The position numbers and the translations under genes are program-made. Shown here piece by piece: positions 52,773-63,421 of a stretch of 64,000 nt of DNA (within the stretch, counting starts at the first letter, position 1; the number at the start of each line of letters is the position of its first letter). Origin of the DNA: Caldisericota bacterium. Its GTDB lineage: Bacteria; Caldisericota; Caldisericia; B22-G15. The DNA lies in contig JBAMLT010000220.1 in NCBI GenBank assembly GCA_039793425.1, forward strand, positions 17,701-81,700, given 5' to 3'. The notes under the pieces were generated by a model. That model saw only the letters and a list, made by a program, of their open reading frames with translations, was not told the DNA's origin and did no database searches.

Positions 52773-53102
52773 ATGAGAGGAAAAAGTTTTATACACGAGA
52801 AAAGTATTAAAGACATAGCAGTTCTTTCAGCAATGAGATGTTATGGAATTGTTGGTTTAGCACCTGTAAATGTTGTCCAAAAAGTTCAAAAAATTCTTGG
52901 ATGGAATGAAGCTTCAAGAGGAGTTGAAGTGATATTCAAAGAAAATAAAATTTTTATCATATTTCATGTCATCATTTCAAAAGGAATTAATATAAAAGAA
53001 GTTATACATAACCTTATTGAACAAACAGAATATTCATTTGAAAAAATGATAGGCATAAAACCAGAAATAAGAGTTGTTGTTGAAGGAGTTAAGGAGGAAT
53101 AA
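52773..53102 (+). CDS. Asp23/Gls24-family alkaline shock protein
   Basis: 109 aa; IAVLSAMRCYGIVGL motif. Confidence 0.75.
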   Translation: MRGKSFIHEKSIKDIAVLSAMRCYGIVGLAPVNVVQKVQKILGWNEASRGVEVIFKENKIFIIFHVIISKGINIKEVIHNLIEQTEYSFEKMIGIKPEIRVVVEGVKEE

Positions 53103-53104
53103 AT

Positions 53105-54667
53105 TTGGATCTTTTGGATAAAGATTTTCTCATAAACTTCTTCTATCTCGCATTTAAAGAGGTAGAAAGAAGAAAAGAGGATATCAATAAATTAAATGTT
53201 TTCCCTGTACCAGATGGAGATACTGGTACAAATATGTTAATGACTCTTAAGTCAAGTTGGGAAGAAATAAATAAAATAAATCCGAAAAATATTGGTGAAG
53301 TTATAGACGCAATTACAAAAGGAAGTTTAATGGGAGCAAGGGGAAATTCTGGAGTTATAATGTCACAGATTTTTAAGGGAATGAATATTGTGTTAAAAGA
53401 TAAAGAGAAAATAACACCAAAAGAACTTTCTCTAAGTTTAATTGAAGGAGTTTCAAAAGCATATAAAGCAGTGATAAAACCCGTTGAAGGAACAATTTTA
53501 ACTGTTTCAAAGTCATTTGCTAAATCTTTTTATGAAGAGATAAAAAAGGGTAAAAGTTTTGAAGAATCATACTTTAATGCCTTAAAAGAAGCAAGAGAAA
53601 CCTTAAAAAAAACTCCAGAAATGTTAAGCATATTAAAGGAAGCAGGAGTTGTTGATGCAGGAGGTTTGGGATTTCTTGCTTTCATGGAAGGTGGCTTTAA
53701 AGCAATATCAAAAAGAGAGGTTGAGATGGAAAAAATTGAAACTAAAGAAGCAAAATTATATCAAAAACTTGAATTTCCATATGATGTCGTGATTCTTCTA
53801 AAAACCAACTTAGATGAAGAAAATCTGATGAAAGATTTCAATTTAAATGGTGATTCATTGATTATAGGAAAAGAGGAGAATTTAATAAAAGTTCACTTTC
53901 ATACAGATAACTATTTAAAATTGATTGATTATTTTGAAAAAAAGAGTAGTTTAATAAAAATAACTATTGAAAATATGCAATATGAAGTTGATATGTTATC
54001 TTTAAAAGAAAAAGAGGTTGGTTTTGTTTCAGTTTCAAGAGGTGAGGGTTTCAATAAAATATTGAAAGATGCAGGTGTTGATGAGATAGTTGATGGAGGT
54101 CAAACATTCAACCCTTCAACAAAAGATATACTTGATGCAATTGAAAGAATAAATTCAAAAAATATTATTGTTTTCCCTAACAACAAAAATGTTATATTTT
54201 CTGCTCTTCAAACAAAAGAATTAACTGAAAAAAGAGTTGAAGTCATACCAACAAAGTCAATACCTGAATGTATATCTTCATTAACGATGATCAACAAGAA
54301 TTCACCAGTTGATGAAATGGTAAAAGAGATAGAAAATATTATTAAAAATATAAGAACAATTGAAGTTACAAAATCTATAAGAGATACAAAATTCAATGGA
54401 ACATTAATAAAAAAGGGAGATTACATAGCAATTTATAATGATAGAATATATAACAGTAATGACTCACCAGAAGATGCTGCTATCATAAGTTTAAAAAATC
54501 TTGAAATTGAAGATGGCACTCTTATAACAATTTATTATGGTGAAGAAATTGAAGAAGAAAGAGCAAAAGAATTTAAAGAAAAAATAGAAAAAATTTTCCC
54601 AAATTGTGATATTGAAATTTATTCTGGAGGGCAACCTCTATATTTTTATATTATTTCATTGGAGTGA
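53105..54667 (+). CDS. DAK2-domain protein (YloV-like)
   Basis: N-terminal DAK2 motif VFPVPDGDTGTNM; about 520 aa; follows asp23 as in Firmicutes. Confidence 0.8.
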   Translation: MDLLDKDFLINFFYLAFKEVERRKEDINKLNVFPVPDGDTGTNMLMTLKSSWEEINKINPKNIGEVIDAITKGSLMGARGNSGVIMSQIFKGMNIVLKDKEKITPKELSLSLIEGVSKAYKAVIKPVEGTILTVSKSFAKSFYEEIKKGKSFEESYFNALKEARETLKKTPEMLSILKEAGVVDAGGLGFLAFMEGGFKAISKREVEMEKIETKEAKLYQKLEFPYDVVILLKTNLDEENLMKDFNLNGDSLIIGKEENLIKVHFHTDNYLKLIDYFEKKSSLIKITIENMQYEVDMLSLKEKEVGFVSVSRGEGFNKILKDAGVDEIVDGGQTFNPSTKDILDAIERINSKNIIVFPNNKNVIFSALQTKELTEKRVEVIPTKSIPECISSLTMINKNSPVDEMVKEIENIIKNIRTIEVTKSIRDTKFNGTLIKKGDYIAIYNDRIYNSNDSPEDAAIISLKNLEIEDGTLITIYYGEEIEEERAKEFKEKIEKIFPNCDIEIYSGGQPLYFYIISLE

Positions 54668-54670
54668 AAA

Positions 54671-55516
54671 ATGACAAAAATAGTGGTAGATTCATCATGC
54701 GATTTGCCTGATGAATATTTTAAAGAAAAAGATATAAAGATAATTCCTTTATATCTAAAAATAGGAGATAAATTTTATAAAGATGGCGTTGATATTAAAA
54801 GTGAAGAGTTTGTTGAATTATTAAAAAAAGAAAAGAATCTATCAACATCTCAACCACCTTTACCAGATTTTATTAATACCTATAAGGAAATAATTGAAAA
54901 GGGCGATGATATAATCTCAATTCATATAACAGGAAGAGGTTCAGGTACATATAACTCCGCAAAAATGGCAAAAGAAGAAATAAATACAGATAAAATAGAT
55001 GTCCTTGATTCTGAAAATATATCAGCAGGTTATGGATTTATAGTTAAAAAAGTTTGTGAACTAATTGAAAAAGGATTATCAAGAAAAGAAATTATTTCAA
55101 AATTTGATCAGATTATCACTAAGGTTCAACTTTTTTTCACATTAAATACCCTTCAATATGTTTATAAGGGAGGAAGGGTCAATGATGTAAAAGGTCTAAT
55201 TTTGAATGTTCTTGACATAAAACCCATTCTTCATATGAAAGAATGTCTTCCAAGAATTTATAAAATCATAAGAGGAAGAAATAATTCATTGAAAGAGTTG
55301 AGTAGAATAGTAATAGATAAGATAAAAGAGAGTGAGAGAAATTTTGAACTTGGCTTCATCCATCTTGATGCTAAAAAAGAACTTGAGGAATTAAAAAATA
55401 ACTTGCTTTCAAAATTACAACCAAAATATCACTTCACTAAAATCGTTGGAAGTGCTCTTGGTGTTCATGCAGGACCAGGAGCATTGGGTGTTGCAATAAA
55501 TTATTTAGAGGATTAA
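54671..55516 (+). CDS. DegV-family fatty-acid-binding protein
   Basis: MTKIVVDSSCDLPDEY N-terminus typical of DegV. Confidence 0.8.
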   Translation: MTKIVVDSSCDLPDEYFKEKDIKIIPLYLKIGDKFYKDGVDIKSEEFVELLKKEKNLSTSQPPLPDFINTYKEIIEKGDDIISIHITGRGSGTYNSAKMAKEEINTDKIDVLDSENISAGYGFIVKKVCELIEKGLSRKEIISKFDQIITKVQLFFTLNTLQYVYKGGRVNDVKGLILNVLDIKPILHMKECLPRIYKIIRGRNNSLKELSRIVIDKIKESERNFELGFIHLDAKKELEELKNNLLSKLQPKYHFTKIVGSALGVHAGPGALGVAINYLED

Positions 55517-55517
55517 T

Positions 55518-57878
55518 ATGGAAAAAAATTTAAAACTTGACTATCAAGAACTTAGAAAATATTGTGATAAAAATCTTTTTAAATTCAAAACAACTGAAGA
55601 GTTACAACCAATAGAATATCTTATAGGTCAGGATAGGGCTTTAAGTGCGATAAATTTTTCTCTTGATATAAAAGTTGACGGATACAATTTATATGTTTCT
55701 GGTATACCTGGTTCGGGTAGAACAACTTCGATAAGAAAAATTGTTGAAGAGAAAGCGAAAAATGAAAAAACTCCTGATGACCTAATTTATGTTTATAACT
55801 TCAAAAATCCTGATAGACCAAATTTGATTAAATTTCCTGCTGGCAAAGGAAACTTTTTTAATAAAGATATTGATGAACTTATTTCAACAATAAGAAAAAC
55901 AATTCCAAAGGCATTTGAGGCAGAAGATTATGAAAAAAGAAGAAATGAAGTTGTTAAAAAGTTCCAACTTGAAAAAGAAAAAATTCTTAATGAAGTTGAA
56001 ACAATGGCTAAAGAGAAGGGATTTCTTATTCAACTAACACAAACAGGTGTACTTACTGTTCCACTACAAAATGGACAACCTTTAAAACCAGAGGATTTTT
56101 CTAAACTTCCCCCTGAAGAACAAAAAAGAATTCAAGAAGAAGGAGAAAAACTTCTTGAAGAGATAAATGAAGTTGTTTCAAAATTGAAAAAAATAGATAA
56201 AAGAACTTTTGAAGCACTTAAAGACCTTGATATTGAAATTGCGGTTTTTGCTATAGGACATCTTCTTAAAGATTTAATTTCAAAATATGAAGATGTCCCT
56301 GAAGTAAGTGATTATCTTGAAAATTTAAAAGACGATATTATTGAAAACCTAAGCTTTTTTAGAGAAGCAAAAAAATCAGAAGAAGCAGAAGAATTTTTAA
56401 AAAGATATAAAATAAATGTTTTTGTTGATAATTCAAATACAAAAGGTGCTCCTGTTATTTATGAAACAAACCCAACATATTATAATCTCTTTGGTGGAAT
56501 TGACTATGAAACAAAAATGGGTTTTATGGTAACAAATTTCAACCTTATTAAGGCAGGTTCCATTCACAAAGCAAATGGTGGATACATTATTATAAATGCT
56601 TTAGACCTTCTAACAAATCCGTTTTCATGGGATAGTTTAAAAAGAACACTTAAAAACAAAGAATCAGTTATCGAAAATCCATTTGAACAATTGAAGGTTG
56701 TTCCTACTGTTTCCATAAAACCAGAATCAATTCCAATAAATTTAAAAGTTATACTTATTGGAACTCCATACATATATTATCTTCTTTACTATTATGATGA
56801 TGATTTTAAAAAACTTTTTAAGGTTAAGGCAGAATTTGATACCGAGATGGATAGAAATGAAGATAATATTTTGAAATATGTAAATTTTATAAGTAGTTTT
56901 GTAAAAAAATCAAATTTAAAACATTTGACAAAAGATGCAGTAAGTGAAGTGATTGATTATGGTTCAAGAATTGTTGAGAATCAAAATAAAGTAACAACAA
57001 GATTTCAAATCATTGGAGACCTTATAACAGAGGCAAATTACTGGGCAGAAAAAGAAAATAGTGATTATATTGAGGACAGGCATATAATAAAAGCAATTGA
57101 GGAAAAGGAATATAGATCAAATTTAATTGAAGAAAAGATAAATGAGATGATAAAAGATGGAACAATTCTGATTGATGTTGATGGAGAAAAAGTTGGACAG
57201 ATTAATGGACTTGCAATAATTTCTTTGGGAGATTTTACTTTTGGAAGACCAACAAAAATAACTGCTGATATTTCAATGGGAGCAAAAGGTGTGGTTAACA
57301 TTGAAAGAGAAGTAAAATTATCAGGAAGAATACATGATAAAGGTGTTATGATTCTTTCAGGTTTTCTTGGAGAAAGATATGCAAAGGATAAACCACTTTC
57401 GCTTTCGGCAACTCTTACTTTTGAACAATCATATGAAGAAGTTGAAGGAGATAGTGCATCAAGTGCAGAACTTTATGCTCTAATTTCAAGTATTGCTGAT
57501 ATTCCAATAAAACAATATTATGCAGTGACTGGCTCTGTGAATCAAAAAGGAGAAATACAACCAATTGGAGGAGTGAATAGAAAGATAGAGGGATTTTTTG
57601 AAACTTGTAAGATTAAAGGTTTCAATGGAAAACAGGGAGTTATAATACCATATCAAAATAAAAAAGACCTTATGCTTAAAAAAGAAGTTATTGATGCTGT
57701 TAAAGATGGTAAATTTCATATTTATGCAATCAAAACAATTGATGAAGGTTTAGAAATTTTAACAGGATTCCCAATAAAAGAGATAGATAAAAAAGTTAAC
57801 GAATCCCTTTATAAACTTGCAATTGATTATAAGAAATTTGGTGAAACAAAAAAGAGTAAAAGTAAAGACAAAAAATAG
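55518..57878 (+). CDS. Lon-like ATP-dependent protease (AAA+ ATPase plus S16 Ser-Lys protease domain, COG1067-type)
   Basis: Walker A GIPGSGRTT, C-terminal protease motif GDSASSAELYALISSIADIP. Confidence 0.7.
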   Translation: MEKNLKLDYQELRKYCDKNLFKFKTTEELQPIEYLIGQDRALSAINFSLDIKVDGYNLYVSGIPGSGRTTSIRKIVEEKAKNEKTPDDLIYVYNFKNPDRPNLIKFPAGKGNFFNKDIDELISTIRKTIPKAFEAEDYEKRRNEVVKKFQLEKEKILNEVETMAKEKGFLIQLTQTGVLTVPLQNGQPLKPEDFSKLPPEEQKRIQEEGEKLLEEINEVVSKLKKIDKRTFEALKDLDIEIAVFAIGHLLKDLISKYEDVPEVSDYLENLKDDIIENLSFFREAKKSEEAEEFLKRYKINVFVDNSNTKGAPVIYETNPTYYNLFGGIDYETKMGFMVTNFNLIKAGSIHKANGGYIIINALDLLTNPFSWDSLKRTLKNKESVIENPFEQLKVVPTVSIKPESIPINLKVILIGTPYIYYLLYYYDDDFKKLFKVKAEFDTEMDRNEDNILKYVNFISSFVKKSNLKHLTKDAVSEVIDYGSRIVENQNKVTTRFQIIGDLITEANYWAEKENSDYIEDRHIIKAIEEKEYRSNLIEEKINEMIKDGTILIDVDGEKVGQINGLAIISLGDFTFGRPTKITADISMGAKGVVNIEREVKLSGRIHDKGVMILSGFLGERYAKDKPLSLSATLTFEQSYEEVEGDSASSAELYALISSIADIPIKQYYAVTGSVNQKGEIQPIGGVNRKIEGFFETCKIKGFNGKQGVIIPYQNKKDLMLKKEVIDAVKDGKFHIYAIKTIDEGLEILTGFPIKEIDKKVNESLYKLAIDYKKFGETKKSKSKDKK

Positions 57879-58299
57879 TGCTGAAACAATTGAACTTGGT
57901 AAAAAAATTGGTACTCACCTTTTACCCGGAGATCTTATTTTAATTTCAGGAGAACTTGGAGCAGGTAAAACAACCTTAATAAAAGGAATTGCAAAGGGTT
58001 TAAATATTGATTTGTATGTTAAGTCTCCATCATTTATTGTTGTTTCAGAATATTCTGGAAAATATAAATTGTATCATATAGATCTTTATAGATTGGATGG
58101 AGACGAGATATTCAATTTAGGTTTTTTTGAATTTTTAGAAAAAGGTATTGTTTGCGTTGAATGGGCGGATAAATTGAAAAATGATTTTAAAGATTATGAA
58201 AATATAAAAATTGAAATAGAAATTTTTGGAAAGGAAAGAATGATAAATATCATTTTTAATGGAGAGGAAGTTATAAAAAGATGTACAGCCTTGCAATAA
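57817..58299 (+). CDS. tsaE: tRNA threonylcarbamoyladenosine biosynthesis protein TsaE (true start likely downstream of 57817)
   Basis: P-loop GELGAGKTTLIKGIAKGL, about 150 aa. Confidence 0.75.
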   Translation: MQLIIRNLVKQKRVKVKTKNSAETIELGKKIGTHLLPGDLILISGELGAGKTTLIKGIAKGLNIDLYVKSPSFIVVSEYSGKYKLYHIDLYRLDGDEIFNLGFFEFLEKGIVCVEWADKLKNDFKDYENIKIEIEIFGKERMINIIFNGEEVIKRCTALQ

Positions 58300-58901
58300 A
58301 CACTTCAATTGAACCATATGGGGTAGCAGTTTTACAGAATGAAAAAATTCTTTCTGAAGTTAATTGGTATTATAGTTATTCTCAAAAAAATAATCATTTT
58401 TATGCAATTGATTATCTATTCAAAACATATAACTTGGATTTTAAAAAAATTATGTTTATCTCAATTGTTAATGGTCCTGGCTCTTTCACAGGTTTAAGAA
58501 TAGGTTTTTCAATAGTAAAAACACTTGGATTTTTATACAATTTACCAATAACAACAATAACAACATTTGAAGCAATTTCAAATTCAGTTGAGTTAAAGGA
58601 TTACTCTATAGTTATTAATGCTGGTCTTAAGGAAGTTTTTATATACAAAAATGATAATGTAGAAATTGATAAAATTGAAAATTTAAAAAATTATAATGAA
58701 GTGCTTATCTTCCCTGAGTTTAGTTTATATCAGAAAATTTTAAATAAAAAGAAAATCTATTTAAAAATAGATACATCTATTGTTGGTAGGATTGGTCTTA
58801 TTAAATTTAAAGAGGGGGAATTTGAAGATTATAAAAAAGTTTTACCTCTTTATTTAAGAGATGTAGAATCAATTTTTAAAAAATATAATGAGGAGGAATA
58901 A
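58281..58901 (+). CDS. tsaB: tRNA threonylcarbamoyladenosine biosynthesis protein TsaB
   Basis: MYSLAINTS...VAV N-terminus and ASKHA fold; follows tsaE. Confidence 0.7.
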   Translation: MYSLAINTSIEPYGVAVLQNEKILSEVNWYYSYSQKNNHFYAIDYLFKTYNLDFKKIMFISIVNGPGSFTGLRIGFSIVKTLGFLYNLPITTITTFEAISNSVELKDYSIVINAGLKEVFIYKNDNVEIDKIENLKNYNEVLIFPEFSLYQKILNKKKIYLKIDTSIVGRIGLIKFKEGEFEDYKKVLPLYLRDVESIFKKYNEEE

Positions 58902-59827
58902 TGGATAAAAAGTCATTAATAAAAGAAATTGAAAATTTAAGAAAATCAAAGGTGATTGTCTATTTTCTTGGTTTAAATTCAACAATAGCACAGGATGCTG
59001 TTGAGATTATCTATAACAATTTAAGAAGAATAGGAAAGGTTGAAAAAATTGATCTTTTCTTACATACAACAGGTGGTTTTCTTGAGGTTCCATTAAAGAT
59101 TGTAAATATTATTAGAGAATTTACAAATAAATTTTCTGTTCTTGTACCATATAGAGCACATTCAGCAGGAACACTTCTTGCGCTTGGAGCAGATGAAATT
59201 GTTATGGGAAAGATGGCAGAACTAACTCCTGTTGACCCACAAACAAGGTCTCCATTAAACCCAAAAGGACTTAAAGGAGAACTTCTACCTGTTTCAATTC
59301 AAGATTTAACATCTTTTTTTGATTTTCTTGAATCAAAAGGAATAAAAGAAAAGAAAGAAATAATGAATACACTTTTAAGTAATCTTCACCCTCTTGTTAT
59401 AGGTTCTGTAAATAGGTCGCTTTATCTTATCAAACATACTATGGAAAGATTACTTATATATAGTTCATATTCTGAAGAAGAAAAAAATAAAATCATTGAA
59501 CTACTTTCCTGTGGATTACCATCTCATACATATTTAATAACAAGAAATGAAGCAAAAGATATTTTAAAAGATAAGGTAGTTTTTAGTGATGAAAATCTTG
59601 ACCTTCTTATGTGGAATCTTTATCAAGTTTACATGGCTTCTCTTGATCCAAGAGTTCCTTATGTTTTAGATGCAAATTTAAAAAAAGAAGTAAAAAGAGT
59701 GAATATTGCATTTATAGAGACATTAGATTATGGTTCAGCATTTATTCAAACTTTTGAAAAAACCTTTTCTCCTGATGGAAAAATAATTGAAACACCTATT
59801 TTTGGTGGATGGTTCGATATTAAGTAG
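58901..59827 (+). CDS. ClpP/crotonase-fold serine protease family protein (SDH/NfeD-like)
   Basis: LHTTGG...AHSAGTLLALGADEIVM resembles S14/S49-class active-site region. Confidence 0.4.
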   Translation: MDKKSLIKEIENLRKSKVIVYFLGLNSTIAQDAVEIIYNNLRRIGKVEKIDLFLHTTGGFLEVPLKIVNIIREFTNKFSVLVPYRAHSAGTLLALGADEIVMGKMAELTPVDPQTRSPLNPKGLKGELLPVSIQDLTSFFDFLESKGIKEKKEIMNTLLSNLHPLVIGSVNRSLYLIKHTMERLLIYSSYSEEEKNKIIELLSCGLPSHTYLITRNEAKDILKDKVVFSDENLDLLMWNLYQVYMASLDPRVPYVLDANLKKEVKRVNIAFIETLDYGSAFIQTFEKTFSPDGKIIETPIFGGWFDIK

Positions 59828-59831
59828 GCTT

Positions 59832-60512
59832 TTATTTAGTACCAATAAATCTTCTTAAAAAGATTGATATAGGAACACATACAAAAACTGCGACTATTGC
59901 TTCTGGAATTCCCTGTAAAATTCCAATACTAAGTGCCTGCTGAAAGTTGAATATTTTAAAAATAACAGCAAGCCCAAGAGTTATAACTGTATTTGTCATG
60001 CTTCCAATTATTGATGCAAATGTCATTGAAGATATAAGAGGATCGGTTTTAATAAGAAAATAGAAAATTAAAATTGCAATAACAAATGATAACAATAAAG
60101 ATATTATTATATTATAATTTCTGAAGACCCAGAAAAACATAAAAAAGAATATTATAGATAAAATTAAACTCAAAAATATATATCTTTTTCCTTTTTCCTT
60201 TCCCAAGAATTTATAAAAAAATTGAAATGAGACTGCTGCAAAAACTCCAATTAGAGGTCTTGCTGGAAAAAGAACCCATATTGGTGCAATTGATAAAAAG
60301 TAATAAATTGCAGAAATCCCAAAAATTGTACCAACAAGAGCACCAATTTTTGCACCAAGAACTATTCCAGAAATAATAACGGGTATGTGCATAAATGTAG
60401 CAGCACCAGCAGGTGTTGGAACTGATATATATCCAAGATATGTAAATCCGAGAAGAATTGTTATAGCACCAAGAATCCCAGCCATTGTTATTTCTTTTGT
60501 AGTTAATTTCAT
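59832..60512 (-). CDS. membrane protein, ECF-transporter S-component-like (substrate unknown)
   Basis: 226 aa, 5-6 TM; Gly/Ala-rich helices reminiscent of ECF S components. Confidence 0.35.
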   Translation of the reverse strand: MKLTTKEITMAGILGAITILLGFTYLGYISVPTPAGAATFMHIPVIISGIVLGAKIGALVGTIFGISAIYYFLSIAPIWVLFPARPLIGVFAAVSFQFFYKFLGKEKGKRYIFLSLILSIIFFFMFFWVFRNYNIIISLLLSFVIAILIFYFLIKTDPLISSMTFASIIGSMTNTVITLGLAVIFKIFNFQQALSIGILQGIPEAIVAVFVCVPISIFLRRFIGTK

Positions 60513-60557
60513 AAATTATCCTCCTTCATTCTTAAAAAAAGTAATAAAATATAAAAT

Positions 60558-60971
60558 ATGTATAGAAGTTACATATTAATTTTAAAACTAAATAAAAATT
60601 TATCAATTATTGTTGGAAAATTAGGAAATATTGAATTTAAAAAAGGTTTTTATATTTATATTGGAAGTGGTAAGAAAAATATAGAAAAAAGAGTTGAGAG
60701 ACACATTAAAAGAGATAAAAAAACTCATTGGCATATCGATTATTTAACTAAAGATGAAAATTTTTCAATTATAGAGATTTATTTAATTGAAAAATTTGAT
60801 GAGTGTGAAATTACAAAAATTTTTATTAAAAATGGTATCTCTTTTATTAAAAATTTTGGTTCAACTGATTGCAATTGCTCATCTCATCTTTTTTACTCAA
60901 AAAGTTTGAAAGATTTAAAAACTATTATAAAATCTTTTAAAAGGAGGTTAGTTTATGAATTATCTTTTTGA
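60558..60971 (+). CDS. DUF123 / GIY-YIG-like nuclease superfamily protein
   Basis: GFYIYIGSGKK (GIY-YIG-like) plus RVERHIK...HWHIDYL motif characteristic of DUF123. Confidence 0.55.
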   Translation: MYRSYILILKLNKNLSIIVGKLGNIEFKKGFYIYIGSGKKNIEKRVERHIKRDKKTHWHIDYLTKDENFSIIEIYLIEKFDECEITKIFIKNGISFIKNFGSTDCNCSSHLFYSKSLKDLKTIIKSFKRRLVYELSF

Positions 60972-61986
60972 ACCAATTGAAATAAAAGGTATGAAAATTA
61001 AAAATAGAATTATTATGCCGCCTCTTGCCATAAAAAATCAGGAAAAAGGTGGTTTTGTTAATGAAACTATTCTTAATTATTATGAAAAGATGTCAAAACT
61101 TGGAATGGGCTTAATTATAACTGAAAACACCTTTCCTTCAAAAGAATCAAGAGTTATGCCGAATCAGATGCTTCTTTCAGATGATAAATATATTGAAGGA
61201 CATAAAGAACTTGTAAAAAAAGTGCATTCAAATGATGTGAAAATTGCTCTTGAAATAAATCATGCTGGTGCAAATTTATTTGATATACCAGAACTTAAAA
61301 ACATGTTAAAAAATAAAGATGAAAGTGATTTTGTTTTTGAAGACGAAGAAGATTCAAGAAAACCATTAAAATCGATAAATGAATATGACTTACCAAAAGA
61401 AAAAATAAGAGAAATTATTAAATCTTTTGGTGAAGCAGGAAGAAGGAGTGAAATTGCAGGATATGATATAATTGAGATTCATGCTGGACATGGTTTCTTA
61501 ATTAATCAATTTTTATCTCCAATGATAAACAAAAGAAAGGATGAATATGGAGGAGATGTTCTTAATAGAGCAAGAATCCTTTTTGAAATAATAGAAGAGA
61601 TAAAATCAAATGTAAAAAGTATTTTAATTTCTGTAAGATTTCCACTTGCTGATAATCCACCTTCGTATAAATTTTTTGATAATGGGCTAACAATTGAGGA
61701 TGGTTTAAAAATTGGAAAAGAAATCTCTTTTAAGGTTGATATGATTGATGTTACTGGCGGATATGCAGGAAGTAGACCTAAGGAGATAGAAGGTTATGAT
61801 GGATATTTTAAAGAATATAGTAAAAGATTAAAAGAAATGGTAAACATTCCTATAAATTTAACTGGTGGAATTAAAACTCCTTTCTTTGCTAATTTTTTGA
61901 TTGAAAATAATTACTGTGACACTGTTGGAATTGGAAGAGCACTTTTATTAGATAAAAACTGGATTGAAAAGGCAAAAAATATTTAA
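60955..61986 (+). CDS. NADH:flavin oxidoreductase (Old Yellow Enzyme family)
   Basis: N-terminal IKNRIIMPPLA and HAGHGFLINQFLSP motifs. Confidence 0.8.
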   Translation: MNYLFEPIEIKGMKIKNRIIMPPLAIKNQEKGGFVNETILNYYEKMSKLGMGLIITENTFPSKESRVMPNQMLLSDDKYIEGHKELVKKVHSNDVKIALEINHAGANLFDIPELKNMLKNKDESDFVFEDEEDSRKPLKSINEYDLPKEKIREIIKSFGEAGRRSEIAGYDIIEIHAGHGFLINQFLSPMINKRKDEYGGDVLNRARILFEIIEEIKSNVKSILISVRFPLADNPPSYKFFDNGLTIEDGLKIGKEISFKVDMIDVTGGYAGSRPKEIEGYDGYFKEYSKRLKEMVNIPINLTGGIKTPFFANFLIENNYCDTVGIGRALLLDKNWIEKAKNI

Positions 61987-62945
61987 GATAGATTTTTTAT
62001 TAGTTCCTTAATTTCAATCTCAAAAATTCCAAAATCCTTTATATTAAAAGTTATTTTATCTTCTAATGAAAATTTTTGCAATTTAATTGTTATTTTATCA
62101 TTGATGTTCCAGAAAATAGGAAAGTTTCTATCAAGAAAAATCATCTTATCATTTATTTTTATTTCATTAATTACAATATTTGAAAAAATGTTTCTTAAAT
62201 TTAATTTCAAAAAATCTTTATTAATATTTGATTCTTCTTTTATAATAGATTTCATCAAAAAATTAATGAAAATATTTTCCTGAGTTTCTTTATTATCTAA
62301 AAAATTTTTTAGTTTTTCAGGAAAATCTGTTATTACACCCCATAAATTAAATTCTTTAATATATTTAAAATCTTTCACCTCATTTACAATCCATGGAATT
62401 ACCCTTTCTGAAAATTTTTTATAATCTTCGGTTAAATAATTTATGTTTGGTTTTAAAAAGTCAACTTCATTTAAATAATCATAAATATTTTTTGGCTCAT
62501 GAGAATATAGATATGCAAATCTAATTTTATAAAAATTTTTCTTGTTGTTATATAGTTCCTTATGAAAAAAAGAGGAAATTATTGTCTCTTCATAATTAAA
62601 TTTAGAAACCAGTTCACAAACTGAATAAAAATCATTTGGATTCTTAACCTCGATATCAACTGATTTATTTTTTTCTTTTGCTAACTCCAAAACTTCTAAT
62701 AATAAAGGTATTTTTTCTTTCTTAACTCTCATTTTAAATAATTCTGAATAATTTTTTTTATTTATATCAAAATCAATTCCTGTTAATCTTTTAAGGTTTG
62801 AATCATGAGATACAACAAGAAATTTATCCAAAGTTGATTGTATATCTATTTCAATTCCATCTGCTCCAAGTTCAAATGCCTTTAAAAAACTTTTTATTGT
62901 ATTTTCAGTTTCATAAAAGCATCCTCTATGCCCAATTATCTTCAC
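61983..62945 (-). CDS. glycerophosphodiester phosphodiesterase domain protein with C-terminal extension
   Basis: N-terminal IIGHRGCFYETENTIKSF...GADGIEIDIQ catalytic motif of GDPD. Confidence 0.7.
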   Translation of the reverse strand: MKIIGHRGCFYETENTIKSFLKAFELGADGIEIDIQSTLDKFLVVSHDSNLKRLTGIDFDINKKNYSELFKMRVKKEKIPLLLEVLELAKEKNKSVDIEVKNPNDFYSVCELVSKFNYEETIISSFFHKELYNNKKNFYKIRFAYLYSHEPKNIYDYLNEVDFLKPNINYLTEDYKKFSERVIPWIVNEVKDFKYIKEFNLWGVITDFPEKLKNFLDNKETQENIFINFLMKSIIKEESNINKDFLKLNLRNIFSNIVINEIKINDKMIFLDRNFPIFWNINDKITIKLQKFSLEDKITFNIKDFGIFEIEIKELIKNLS

Positions 62946-63421
62946 TTATCTATCAATCTCTTAACTGCTTTTTCTATTCCATCATAACCTGTACACCTAC
63001 ATAAGTTGCTATCAAGATATTCTCTTATTAATTCAACATCTGGTTTTGGATTTCTTTTCATCAATGCAAAGGTATTAACTATAAATCCTGAAGTGCAAAA
63101 TCCACACTGAAAACCCTCTTCTTCTATAAAAGCGTTTTTTATTTTTTCATCATTTATACCTTCAATTGTTAATATTTCTTCATCATCTCCAATTTCAATA
63201 GCAAGAATCATGCAAGATTTAACTGGTAAGCCATTTATAAGAATAGTACATGCACCACAATCTCCATTTTCACAACCTATTTTTGTTCCTGATAAACCAA
63301 GTTTCTCTCTTATAACTCTTAAAAGAGTTTCATTTGGCTTTATTAAAACTTTTTTTGTTTCTCCATTTATATTGAACTTTTTTTCAAAAAAACCCTCAAA
63401 TATTTTCATCCTAACCTCCAA
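62942..63421 (-). CDS. [2Fe-2S]-binding small subunit of a molybdenum hydroxylase (xanthine dehydrogenase/CO dehydrogenase family)
   Basis: CENGDCGACTIL and QCGFCTSGF...LCRCTGY cysteine motifs. Confidence 0.8.
   Translation of the reverse strand: MEVRMKIFEGFFEKKFNINGETKKVLIKPNETLLRVIREKLGLSGTKIGCENGDCGACTILINGLPVKSCMILAIEIGDDEEILTIEGINDEKIKNAFIEEEGFQCGFCTSGFIVNTFALMKRNPKPDVELIREYLDSNLCRCTGYDGIEKAVKRLIDK

Noticed and set aside
2940-57878. Recurrent 62-nt gene overlaps (secA/prfB 2940-3001, glyQ/glyS 42816-42877, lon/tsaE 57817-57878)
   Set aside because: Identical overlap length is coincidental and results from ORF calling at the first in-frame start. glyS and tsaE almost certainly initiate at internal starts; only secA/prfB appears to be a real overlap.
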